DNA from: Candidatus Thorarchaeota archaeon
GTDB taxonomy: Archaea > Asgardarchaeota > Thorarchaeia > Thorarchaeales > Thorarchaeaceae
Length of the DNA stretch: 27,635 bases
Direction of reading: 5' to 3'
NCBI GenBank assembly: GCA_048882325.1
Contig: JBHLRS010000042.1
Coordinates: forward strand, 1-27,635
Every line of letters starts with the position of its first letter. Position 1 is the stretch's first letter. The notes beneath the pieces are model-generated. The model searched no databases. It was given only the letters and a program-made list of their open reading frames with translations, and was not told where the DNA came from. Shown one piece after another: positions 17,250-25,440 of this stretch. The position numbers were made by a program, and so were the translations under genes.

Positions 17250-17442
17250 CTAGAGTCCTCCAATGGAGAGATTTCTCCGTGGTTAGGCCGTCGGGGTTTC
17301 AGGTGCTCTTTAAGACTTACTGTTTAGCTACAAAGAGAGAGATGCGAGGTGATGGCTCACACGATGTAGAAGTTTCATTTTGCCAAGATTTTCAACGAAC
17401 GTTTATTTTTGTGCAAAGTACAATCAATCATGGAGATTCGGT

Positions 17443-17826
17443 TTGGCATTCACAACGTTAACGGTCACTATGCTGTCTTGTATGATTTCACTAATCATGG
17501 CAATTGTTGCTGGGAACTACTCTGGTCGTAGTCCAGATAGAGGCATCCTACTAGCACTTATACTGTCAATTGTTGTTATTCCCCTCGTAACCCTGATTCT
17601 TTCGATGCCACTCTACAGTCTTGTGGTTCTCAATGACTGGCCAAGTGCTGGTCCTTACGTACTTCCCCCAGCATTTGCAATTTGGACAGCTGCAGGAGTA
17701 GGTGGAATCCTCGGTTTCAGGTCTGGAACGATATGGAACGAAGGAGAACCAAGCTGTTTCTACTGTTTGATCTCAGTTGCCTCAGTACTCGCACTGATAT
17801 CGTGTGTATTTGTTGTCTTTCTCTAG
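17443..17826 (+). CDS. Hypothetical membrane protein (4 TM segments)
   Basis: Four hydrophobic segments. The likely start is TTG at 17443 after GGAGA (the ORF track starts at 17380). Confidence 0.6.
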   Translation: MAFTTLTVTMLSCMISLIMAIVAGNYSGRSPDRGILLALILSIVVIPLVTLILSMPLYSLVVLNDWPSAGPYVLPPAFAIWTAAGVGGILGFRSGTIWNEGEPSCFYCLISVASVLALISCVFVVFL

Positions 17827-17829
17827 TTA

Positions 17830-18438
17830 CTATTCTTTGATTCCGATTCTTGCGTAGACATCTGCCTTTCGAGATGCTACAAGCTTATCCATATCATCAT
17901 GCATGCTGTTCCCATGAGAATCCATCGTTACCAAGAGAGGTCCGAACTCCTCAGCAGTGATGACCCAAAGAGCTTCAGGCATACCCAAGTCTTTCCATTC
18001 GTAAGCACGTACTTCCTTGAGTCCCTTCGCTGCTAATGCGCCACAGCCGCCAGTATAGCTGCAGTAAACAGAACCAACCTCTTTCAGTGCGTCAAGAGTT
18101 TTAGCGCCCATTCCACCCTTTCCAACAATTATTCGAGCTTTGTATTTACGAAGGAACTCGTCCTCAAACAGCTCCATCCTGATACTGGTTGTGGGTCCAG
18201 CTGAAACAATTTGCCATTTTCCATCCTTTTGCCAAGCCACAGGACCAACATGATAGATTACACTACCTTTAAAGTCGACAGGGGGTTTCTCGCCTTTCTC
18301 ATACATGCGGAGCGCTCGTTCATGTGCCTCGTCGCGTGCTGTGTATATGTGCTCACCAGTGACATAGACTACATCACCGACCTTCAGTTTTCGAGCGTCC
18401 TCTTCCGAGAGAGGGGTTGTCAAGTGATATTCTACCAT
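17830..18438 (-). CDS. Fe-S fumarate hydratase (class I / tartrate dehydratase family), beta subunit
   Basis: LKVGDVVYVTG.IYTARDEAH, YHVGP, AGPTTSIRM, IVGKGG, DLGMPEA and FGPLLVTMDSHG. Confidence 0.93.
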   Translation of the reverse strand: MVEYHLTTPLSEEDARKLKVGDVVYVTGEHIYTARDEAHERALRMYEKGEKPPVDFKGSVIYHVGPVAWQKDGKWQIVSAGPTTSIRMELFEDEFLRKYKARIIVGKGGMGAKTLDALKEVGSVYCSYTGGCGALAAKGLKEVRAYEWKDLGMPEALWVITAEEFGPLLVTMDSHGNSMHDDMDKLVASRKADVYARIGIKE

Positions 18439-18439
18439 C

Positions 18440-19327
18440 TTAGTTGTCCTCCATTGGATGTGTAAGATATGTGACCTTCAGATCCTTCGTGATTACTGCA
18501 GTACTTCGTCGAGCCGCCCAACATTGGACTGCAACACCCACAGGCAGACTGGCAGGATGACGCATTGCATAGTCAACCTTTACTCCAAGAACGGTTGTTT
18601 TACCACCTAGACCCATAGGACCAATTCCTGTTGCATTGATGGCATCCATGAGTTCTTCCTCAATCTTTGCAACCTCAGGTTCCGGGTGTTTGTCATCAAG
18701 AGGACGAAGGAGTTGTTGCTTTGCAATCTTGATGGCAATATCCGAACCACCGCCGATACCTACCCCAATGATGTTTGGTGAACAAGCTTTGCCCATGTAG
18801 GAGAGAGCATTATCGACCACGAGTTTTTTCACTCCCGTTAGACCTACACCTGGTTTCAACATACCAACAATGCTGACATTTTCACTACCTCCACCCTTTG
18901 GAAATGCTGTGATTTCCAAAGAGTCTCCATCCACAATCTCCCAGTTTATCCATGGAATCTTCACTCCAGTGTTATCACCAGAGTTCCCTCCAACAATGGG
19001 GTTTACTGCATTTGGTCTGATTGGAATCTCTTTGGTTGCTTTTCTACTAGCCTGGGTGAGTGCTTCCTTGATTTCACCCATGAAGGGAAAATTGGCACCG
19101 GCTTTGACGTAGAAGATCATGATCCCGGTGTCCTGACACATTGGAACACCAGTCCCAGCTATCTCTAGGTTGGTCAAGATAGCAGAGAGCTGGGTCTTTG
19201 CTGTTTCGTCTGTTTCATTCTTATTGGCTGTTTCAAGAGCCTTCTTAATATCTGCAGGTAGCTCAGTGACTGCCTTTTTCAGAAGGCGAAACGTGGTGTC
19301 ATGAATTACTTGATACGGGTCTTCCAT
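18440..19327 (-). CDS. Fe-S fumarate hydratase (class I / tartrate dehydratase family), alpha subunit
   Basis: PMCQDTG, PKGGGSEN, ACSP.IIGVGIGG, GIGPMGLGGKTT and HPASLPVGVAVQCWAARR. Confidence 0.93.
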   Translation of the reverse strand: MEDPYQVIHDTTFRLLKKAVTELPADIKKALETANKNETDETAKTQLSAILTNLEIAGTGVPMCQDTGIMIFYVKAGANFPFMGEIKEALTQASRKATKEIPIRPNAVNPIVGGNSGDNTGVKIPWINWEIVDGDSLEITAFPKGGGSENVSIVGMLKPGVGLTGVKKLVVDNALSYMGKACSPNIIGVGIGGGSDIAIKIAKQQLLRPLDDKHPEPEVAKIEEELMDAINATGIGPMGLGGKTTVLGVKVDYAMRHPASLPVGVAVQCWAARRSTAVITKDLKVTYLTHPMEDN

Positions 19328-19483
19328 TCGATCAGCTTCTGAACAGTGAGTCTACGGGTTCGAGTACTCGTCCCCGCACAAGCCGCGGACACCCAGAGGG
19401 GCCTAATCTGTGTTACTATCAAGACTAAAGGCTATGACTATATACGGGAGTGTGCAGGTTGAGGAACAGGAGTCTGAAGAGTT

Positions 19484-19975
19484 ATGGTCCTCGACCTGTC
19501 TATTGTTACCATTTCATCGTTCTGTACCGCCATTCTACTCCTCGTAGTCTACTCATACTTTGACATTCGAGATAGAATGGTCAAGAATGAGTTTGTTGTT
19601 GCAGGTGGTGTGGTGGGGTGTGCAGTCCTCCTATTGACAGGTCATTTTGTACAGTACCTGAATCTACATGTGACAGCTCTCCTCATCATGATTCCACTTG
19701 TCCTTGTTCTCTTCAACATTGGTGCAATAGGAGGCGCAGATGCAAAGATTCTGCTTCTAATCGCGCTCCTCAGTCCTGGAATAGAACTTGGAACATGGAA
19801 TGATGTTCTGATGGAAGCTGCAGTCGGTCTAGGTGGTTATACAGTCATAATGCTTGCAGTGGGTTATATCTACTGGAGAGTCAAAAGAAGTGACCAGACT
19901 GCAAATCCTAATCCTCCATTGATACCTATGCTGTTGATAGGGTATCTAGCAACCCAATTGATTGCCCTATTCTAG
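19484..19975 (+). CDS. Prepilin/prearchaellin peptidase, A24 family (short form)
   Basis: Two catalytic Asp motifs, YSYFDIRDRMVKN and IGGADAK, in a polytopic membrane protein; C-terminal PPLIPML. Confidence 0.85.
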   Translation: MVLDLSIVTISSFCTAILLLVVYSYFDIRDRMVKNEFVVAGGVVGCAVLLLTGHFVQYLNLHVTALLIMIPLVLVLFNIGAIGGADAKILLLIALLSPGIELGTWNDVLMEAAVGLGGYTVIMLAVGYIYWRVKRSDQTANPNPPLIPMLLIGYLATQLIALF

Positions 19976-20706
19976 GCATTCTTTGCTCGAGACTTCTTTG
20001 CAGACATTTCGATACCTGACTTTCCGATCTTGAAAGTGTGTTTCTTGAGGCTGTGAGTAGTCTGCTTCATCTTCCAGACAAGAAGGTCTCTCTTCAGTGT
20101 CCCGTTTTCTTCTGAGAGATTCAGCGTAATAAGACCTTGAGTGACAAACTGCTCGACACCTGCGCGGCTCTGTGAGTCAGGTTCGATTATTTCACTGATG
20201 AAAAGAGAGGTCACTTTCAATTCTCGAAGCAACGCACTGATTCGGAACAGCTCATTTCTGACCTCCGAGGGTTCACTAAACCTGATTCCAAGACCTGAGA
20301 TACAATCAATCACAAGACGTTTTGCCTTGTTCTCATCAATTGCCCTGTAGATCTCCTCTGCAAGTGTGCTCATATCAAAACCACGACGAAGAGCGTACTT
20401 CTCAGAGGTTGGTAGGCCAGCCTTGCCAGAGGCGGCATCAATGATAATCAATGCATTCTCTTCCTCGAGACCACGTAGGTCCCACCCAAACTGAGCCGCC
20501 TCATCTCTCAGCTCGTTTGGTCTTGTTTCAAGGGTTACATACACTCCTGGTTCCTTGAACTTCGTTACTCCATTGTAAAGAAACTGAAGACCAAAGACTG
20601 TCTTACCAGATCCAGTCTGACCGGAAACTAGAACTGTACTACCCTCTATTATCCCACCTCCAATTAGTTCGTCGAGGCCTTTGATTCCAGTCTTAGCACG
20701 GGTCAT
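19972..20706 (-). CDS. KaiC/RAD55-family single-domain RecA-superfamily ATPase
   Basis: KTGIKGLDELIGGG, Walker A GQTGSGKT, GVYVTLE, FGWD, Walker B RLVIDCIS and RDLLVWKMK.T.H. Confidence 0.92.
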   Translation of the reverse strand: MTRAKTGIKGLDELIGGGIIEGSTVLVSGQTGSGKTVFGLQFLYNGVTKFKEPGVYVTLETRPNELRDEAAQFGWDLRGLEEENALIIIDAASGKAGLPTSEKYALRRGFDMSTLAEEIYRAIDENKAKRLVIDCISGLGIRFSEPSEVRNELFRISALLRELKVTSLFISEIIEPDSQSRAGVEQFVTQGLITLNLSEENGTLKRDLLVWKMKQTTHSLKKHTFKIGKSGIEMSAKKSRAKNA

Positions 20707-20717
20707 GGAAGTTCATC

Positions 20718-21188
20718 TCACTCAGGATTTCCGCTTATCTCCCAGCCTTTCACGACAGCACTCACTGGTGTCACTGTCACCTTGACAACATCAGGAGACC
20801 TACGAAGGGCCTCGGCTCGTTTCTGGAGATCATCCTCATCTATTCCAAGAGTTAGTGCATGGACAACCATCGGTTCTTCATCAACTGCAACCCAGAGGTA
20901 TTGTTCATTCCTCGCAATCTCCTCAGCATAGGTGTGTGTCCGATCCTTGCTGATCTCAGGGAGAATATGACCCCCAATCTCTATCCTAAAGATAGCACAG
21001 GCTGTATACCCGAGGGCTTCGGGTTGAACCAGAGCGCTGTATCGAGTTATCGTGTTATTCTCCTTTAGTCTCTTCGCTCGGAAGTGGATGGTGGTGTCTG
21101 GTTGCTTAAGCTCCTCTGCAATCTTAGTGAAGGGTGTTTTTGCATCCTTCTGTAGTATATCGAGCAAGTCTCTATCTAGCTGGTCCAT
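20718..21188 (-). CDS. Lrp/AsnC family transcriptional regulator
   Basis: MDQLDRDLLDILQKDAKTPFTKIAEEL...TIHFRAKRL...I..Y...V.PEALG, the Lrp HTH domain. Confidence 0.92.
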   Translation of the reverse strand: MDQLDRDLLDILQKDAKTPFTKIAEELKQPDTTIHFRAKRLKENNTITRYSALVQPEALGYTACAIFRIEIGGHILPEISKDRTHTYAEEIARNEQYLWVAVDEEPMVVHALTLGIDEDDLQKRAEALRRSPDVVKVTVTPVSAVVKGWEISGNPE

Positions 21189-21369
21189 TGTGTGGATATC
21201 ACCAGTTCCGTCAGGAGGTGTTGTTGCGCGATAATATGAATGAAAGTGCGTTATTAAGGGTTGCTTGTACTATTCGCAATATTTCTAAACCTGATTGAGA
21301 ATGACACCACAAATATGATAGAAACTACATCTTCTTGTAGAAGTTTTTTGTGATTCTCACAATTTGAAC

Positions 21370-21723
21370 TCATGGTGTTGGTAGAATCTCAGGTGGAAGT
21401 GAGAAGGCGTACATCAGGGTCCACAGTACAACCCACAGCATCAAGTATGACGGGAGAGAGTTTGTTATCATCTTCTGTGTGCCACCCAAATCTTCCAGTG
21501 ATATTTCAAGGAGATATCGAATGGCATAGAGAGAGAGGACATAGAGAAGAAAGCCAAATATCACCCCGCGGGTTCCTGCGAAAATTGGACCAGCTATTCC
21601 ACAGACCAAAGCGCTGATTAGAGCAAAGAAAATCTTCACATAGTACTGTTGGTCATTTGGGGAGTCGTCCCATCGACCAAACATACGTTTGAAGAGGTTC
21701 TGTAACGGAGTGAGTTCCATCAT
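21370..21723 (-). CDS. EMC6/RAB5IF (OPTI)-like three-TM membrane protein
   Basis: YYVKIFFALISALVCGI...GVIFGFLLY...EDLGG.QKMI.NSLPSYLMLWVVLWTLMY follows the recalled EMC6/Rab5ip pattern (GI.G..G, and a C-terminal Y...W...Y helix). Confidence 0.65.
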   Translation of the reverse strand: MMELTPLQNLFKRMFGRWDDSPNDQQYYVKIFFALISALVCGIAGPIFAGTRGVIFGFLLYVLSLYAIRYLLEISLEDLGGTQKMITNSLPSYLMLWVVLWTLMYAFSLPPEILPTP

Positions 21724-21762
21724 CAATCACTACCTGATTGATGGCTGGTTCAATCGACGAGG

Positions 21763-21768
21763 TTATAA
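21763..21768. promoter_or_regulatory. Palindromic TATA box (TTATAA) in a divergent promoter
   Basis: About 30 nt from the rqc2 ATG and about 40 nt from the EMC6-like start, in a ~75-nt intergenic gap. Confidence 0.45.
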
Positions 21769-21799
21769 TCATGTCGGTTTGAAAGCGAAGTGAGATGAT

Positions 21800-23815
21800 A
21801 TGAAGGACTCAATGAGTAATGTTGACATCAGGCTCATACTGTCAGAGCTACGTGAGTCTGCAGAAGGTGCCTTCATCAAAAATGTGTATCAATATGGGGA
21901 CATCTTTGTCCTGAAACTCTATCAACCAGGTGGAGGTACATCACAGCTCCTCATTCATCCGGGTCATCGTGTCCATCTCACAGAGTTCGAACGAAAGGCA
22001 CCTCGAACCCCACCCAAGTTCTGTACGGTGTTAAGGAAATATCTCAGAGATAAACGGGTCAATTCAGTAAAACAACATGAACTAGACAGAATTCTCGTGA
22101 TTGAGGTTGGTGATGAGGAGAACACATACAAGCTCGTAGCCGAGTTGTTTGGTAATGGCAACCTGCTTCTTCTTGATCCAAAGGACACAATCTTTGTAGC
22201 TATGAAGTATAGAAAGATGCGAGACCGTGACGTCGTACCCAAAGCGGTGTATGAGTTTCCGCCACCACGAGGACAGGATGTATTGAGTCTTGAACCAGAC
22301 TCACTCCAAGAAGTTATCGCGGACTCGAATGCAAATATTGTACGGACTTTGGCCAGTCGACTCAATCTCGATTCGTTGAGCTGTGAAGAGATCTGTTCAT
22401 TGTCAAAGGTTTCACCTAAGGTAATGAGTGGTGAGATAGATGGCCAAACACTAGCAGATTTGCAAACTGGATTGTCTGAGTTTGTTGAAAAACTGAAAGA
22501 GGGGGTTAATGAACCGAACATCGTGCTTGATGATGAGCCTGCAGAAGACGAAGAGCCCGAATTCATAGCGTTCCTGCCATTTCGCTTTGAGCTATATCAG
22601 GACCTACCCGTAGTGGTTTTCGATACATTCAGCAAGGCTATTGACGAGTTCTCAGGAGTGTCCGATAGCGAACTTGAGGATGATCAGGAACAGGTTGCTC
22701 TCTCAAGGGAGCAAAAAAGACTACAGAGAATAGTCGACAAACAGAACGAGAGCATAGAGAATCTGATGACAAAAGCTAAAGTCCTCAGAACAAATGGTGA
22801 GCTCATTTATTCATACTTCGCCACTGTCCAAGAAGTCTTAGAAACCGTCACAAAGGCCAGATCGGGAGGAACTCCTTGGGAGGAGATCATAGCAAAGATA
22901 GAGCAAGGCAAGGAGCAAAAGATTCCTTCCGCGTTGCTGATTCAAAGAGTAATCCCGTCACAGGGTCAAATCATTGTAAGCTTGAATGGTACGGATGTGA
23001 CATTGGACATCAGGTTGTCAGCACAGGACAATGCCTCTCTCGCATATGATCAAGCAAAGAAGTCTGAGGCAAAGATTGAGGGTGCAAAGAAACAGATTGT
23101 AAAAACCAAGGAGAAGCTGGAAAGGCTGGAAGTGCGAGTAGCTGAACCTGAAACTAAGAGAGTGCCTGTGAAGAAGAGGAAGAAACGATGGTATGAGAAG
23201 TTTCGCTGGTTTATTTCGTCTGAGGGCTTTCTTGTGCTTGGAGGACGTGATGTCAAGAGCAATGAGAATCTCGCGAAGCGCCAAATGGGTGCTAATGATG
23301 TCTTCTTGCATGCTTCCCTACATGGTGCACCATACACCATAATCAAAGTACCTGATGAGCCACCTGGTAAGCAGACATTGGAGGAAGCCGCACAGTTTGC
23401 GGTTACATTTTCAAGAGCATGGCAGGACGGACTGTCTAGTGGTGATGCATACTGGGTTAACCCAGAGCAGGTGAGCTTCAGTCCACCCTCAGGGGAATAC
23501 TTGCCTTCAGGAGCAGTGATGCTGTATGGCTCTAAGAACTATATTCGGAGAATGCCCATTGAATTAGCAGTAGGGGTCATCCTTGAAGAGGAATATGCAA
23601 TTCCAATCTCAGGCCCTCCCAAAGCAATAGAAACCCAGACCGATTTTCATGTTCGAGTAGTGCCTGGAGAGATGAAAAAGGGGCAGCTTGTCAAGGAAAT
23701 CATCAATAGTCTCAAGGCTTTAGTTCCTGACGATAGAGCATCATTAGTTGGGCAAATACCTCAGGAAGATATGATGAGAGTATTGCCTGCGGGTGGTGGA
23801 AAAATAGACCAATAG
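21800..23815 (+). CDS. rqcH: Ribosome quality-control protein Rqc2/RqcH/NEMF (NFACT family)
   Basis: NFACT-N (F.TVLRKYL, ELDRIL, VAELFGNGN), HhH region, coiled coils with LDIRLSAQDNA, and NFACT-R (WYEKFRWFISSEG.LVLGGRD..SNE, FLHASLHGAP, AYWV.PEQVS..PPSGEYL). Confidence 0.93.
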   Translation: MKDSMSNVDIRLILSELRESAEGAFIKNVYQYGDIFVLKLYQPGGGTSQLLIHPGHRVHLTEFERKAPRTPPKFCTVLRKYLRDKRVNSVKQHELDRILVIEVGDEENTYKLVAELFGNGNLLLLDPKDTIFVAMKYRKMRDRDVVPKAVYEFPPPRGQDVLSLEPDSLQEVIADSNANIVRTLASRLNLDSLSCEEICSLSKVSPKVMSGEIDGQTLADLQTGLSEFVEKLKEGVNEPNIVLDDEPAEDEEPEFIAFLPFRFELYQDLPVVVFDTFSKAIDEFSGVSDSELEDDQEQVALSREQKRLQRIVDKQNESIENLMTKAKVLRTNGELIYSYFATVQEVLETVTKARSGGTPWEEIIAKIEQGKEQKIPSALLIQRVIPSQGQIIVSLNGTDVTLDIRLSAQDNASLAYDQAKKSEAKIEGAKKQIVKTKEKLERLEVRVAEPETKRVPVKKRKKRWYEKFRWFISSEGFLVLGGRDVKSNENLAKRQMGANDVFLHASLHGAPYTIIKVPDEPPGKQTLEEAAQFAVTFSRAWQDGLSSGDAYWVNPEQVSFSPPSGEYLPSGAVMLYGSKNYIRRMPIELAVGVILEEEYAIPISGPPKAIETQTDFHVRVVPGEMKKGQLVKEIINSLKALVPDDRASLVGQIPQEDMMRVLPAGGGKIDQ

Positions 23816-23853
23816 AGGTTGACCGTTTTTCTCGCCAAAGTGGTACAGACACA

Positions 23854-23860
23854 TTTAAAA
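23854..23860 (+). promoter_or_regulatory. Putative TATA box
   Basis: TTTAAAA upstream of the CBS gene, with SD GAGGT before the ATG at 23951. Confidence 0.3.
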
Positions 23861-23950
23861 TCAGACGAGTAGCAGTCCAGCTCGAGAAGACACACAGCCA
23901 GTTGGTGGCGTGATGTCTGACCAACTTCTGATAGTATTGAGGTAAAGTAA

Positions 23951-24511
23951 ATGTCTGAGCCCTCTCATTCAATGTTTGTGAGAGACATCATGTCTGTTAA
24001 CGTTGTAACCATGCCTCCGGATGCAACAATTTTCGAAGTTGCAACTTCTATGAACAAGATGGATATAGGGTCAATCATCATTGTAGATCACGAACGTCCT
24101 CTTGGAATCATAACCGAAGCGGACATTGTTAGACGTGTCATAGCAGATGAGAAGGACGCAAAGACAACAGTAGCCCGAGATGTAATGTCATCCCCAATAA
24201 TTCACGTAGAGCCTAGTACTGCTCTAACCGAAGCTATGCGTGTGATGGCACGAAGCAATATTCGTCGTGTAGCGGTCCTAAGGAACGACTCCTTAGCAGG
24301 AATCATCACATCTAGAGACCTACTTCGTTGGTCTCCGGAACTCATTGACATTCTCGTAGAGTCATTACGCCTTAGAAACGAGGGTGTCAACCACGAGGAA
24401 GATGATGACGAAGACATAGCCTATGGAGGCGAATGTGACAGTTGTGGTGAGTACTCAACAGAGCTGATTGAGGAAGATGGCGAGTACTTGTGTGAGAATT
24501 GTCGAAGTTAG
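23951..24511 (+). CDS. CBS-pair protein with a C-terminal Zn ribbon
   Basis: VRDIMS..VVT, GIITEADIV, ARDVMSSP and GIITSRDLL; acidic linker, then GECDSCG...YLCENC. Confidence 0.9.
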   Translation: MSEPSHSMFVRDIMSVNVVTMPPDATIFEVATSMNKMDIGSIIIVDHERPLGIITEADIVRRVIADEKDAKTTVARDVMSSPIIHVEPSTALTEAMRVMARSNIRRVAVLRNDSLAGIITSRDLLRWSPELIDILVESLRLRNEGVNHEEDDDEDIAYGGECDSCGEYSTELIEEDGEYLCENCRS

Positions 24512-24574
24512 TTGGTCTGACATTCGCTAATCAGCTTGTATTGTGTGTTTCCGATGTGATAGGAGACTATTGTC

Positions 24575-25393
24575 ATGAAAGTGAGCCAGATTATGGTCGA
24601 GCCAGTCACCATTGACAAGGACCAGAGATTGTCCTTTGCGCTCGAACTACTTGAGAAGAAAGGTGCAGAGAGGCTAGTCGTTGTTGAGAATGGGGATGTG
24701 AAAGGAATCCTCACCTATGCAGACGTAGCTGACAGATTGGGCGTAAGCAAGGTCGTAGCCCTTTCAATTAAGAGGCTCCATGTATCCAGCGCAATGACTG
24801 ATACTGTCATCACAGTAGGTCCGGATGAGGAAGTGACTGATGTTGCTCAGCTCATGATTGAGCGTGGGATGAGTGGTTGTCCAGTAGTTGATGAAGAGAA
24901 CAAGCTCGTCGGAGTGGTCACTAAGGTTCAGATTTCAGATCTTGTTCAAAAGTTCAAGAAGGTCAAAGTTGAGGAACTCATGACCACAGGCGACATCCTT
25001 CAGGTCAATCCCGTTTCCCGTCTTGTGAAAGCCAGAGGAGATATGCTTGCTGCAGGTTATTCTGGTTTGCCAGTCACTGATGGCGGTCGTGTATTGGGAC
25101 TAATCACCGAACGAATGGTTGCTGAGGCCATGGCGCGGTTTACTGTAGAGGTTCCTGACAAACATCGAGCTAATCAGGTTAGGCAAATCCGTGTGGTTGA
25201 TGCAATGCTTAAACAGCCACCACTTGTGACACCTGATGAATCAATAGCAGATGCCTCCAAAAGGATGCTAGACGCAAAGCTGAATACCTTACCTGTGGTA
25301 GGCAAAGGTAATCGGCTTGTTGGGATGATTAGCGCAACAGATTTCACACGATTTGTAGCTAACAAGTTTAAAGTTCCAGAAGCAACCAAGTAA
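24575..25393 (+). CDS. Four-CBS-domain protein
   Basis: Four CBS repeats (GILTYADV, GVVTKVQI, GLITERMV, GMISATDF). Confidence 0.9.
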   Translation: MKVSQIMVEPVTIDKDQRLSFALELLEKKGAERLVVVENGDVKGILTYADVADRLGVSKVVALSIKRLHVSSAMTDTVITVGPDEEVTDVAQLMIERGMSGCPVVDEENKLVGVVTKVQISDLVQKFKKVKVEELMTTGDILQVNPVSRLVKARGDMLAAGYSGLPVTDGGRVLGLITERMVAEAMARFTVEVPDKHRANQVRQIRVVDAMLKQPPLVTPDESIADASKRMLDAKLNTLPVVGKGNRLVGMISATDFTRFVANKFKVPEATK

Positions 25394-25440
25394 AGCTGTT
25401 CAGCGTCAATAACGCTGGACAACACCGGCGTTGATTGCAT

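Noticed and set aside
17443-17826. 4-TM protein as a membrane anchor for the fumarate reductase
   Set aside because: It is on the opposite strand, has no His heme ligands, and TfrAB-type enzymes are soluble.
19354-19380. Complete tRNA gene
   Set aside because: No D arm, anticodon arm or 5' acceptor strand was found; kept only as a low-interest finding.
19972-20706. Circadian clock KaiC or RadA recombinase
   Set aside because: It has a single ATPase domain, there is no kaiA/kaiB, and it lacks the RadA N-terminal HhH domain.
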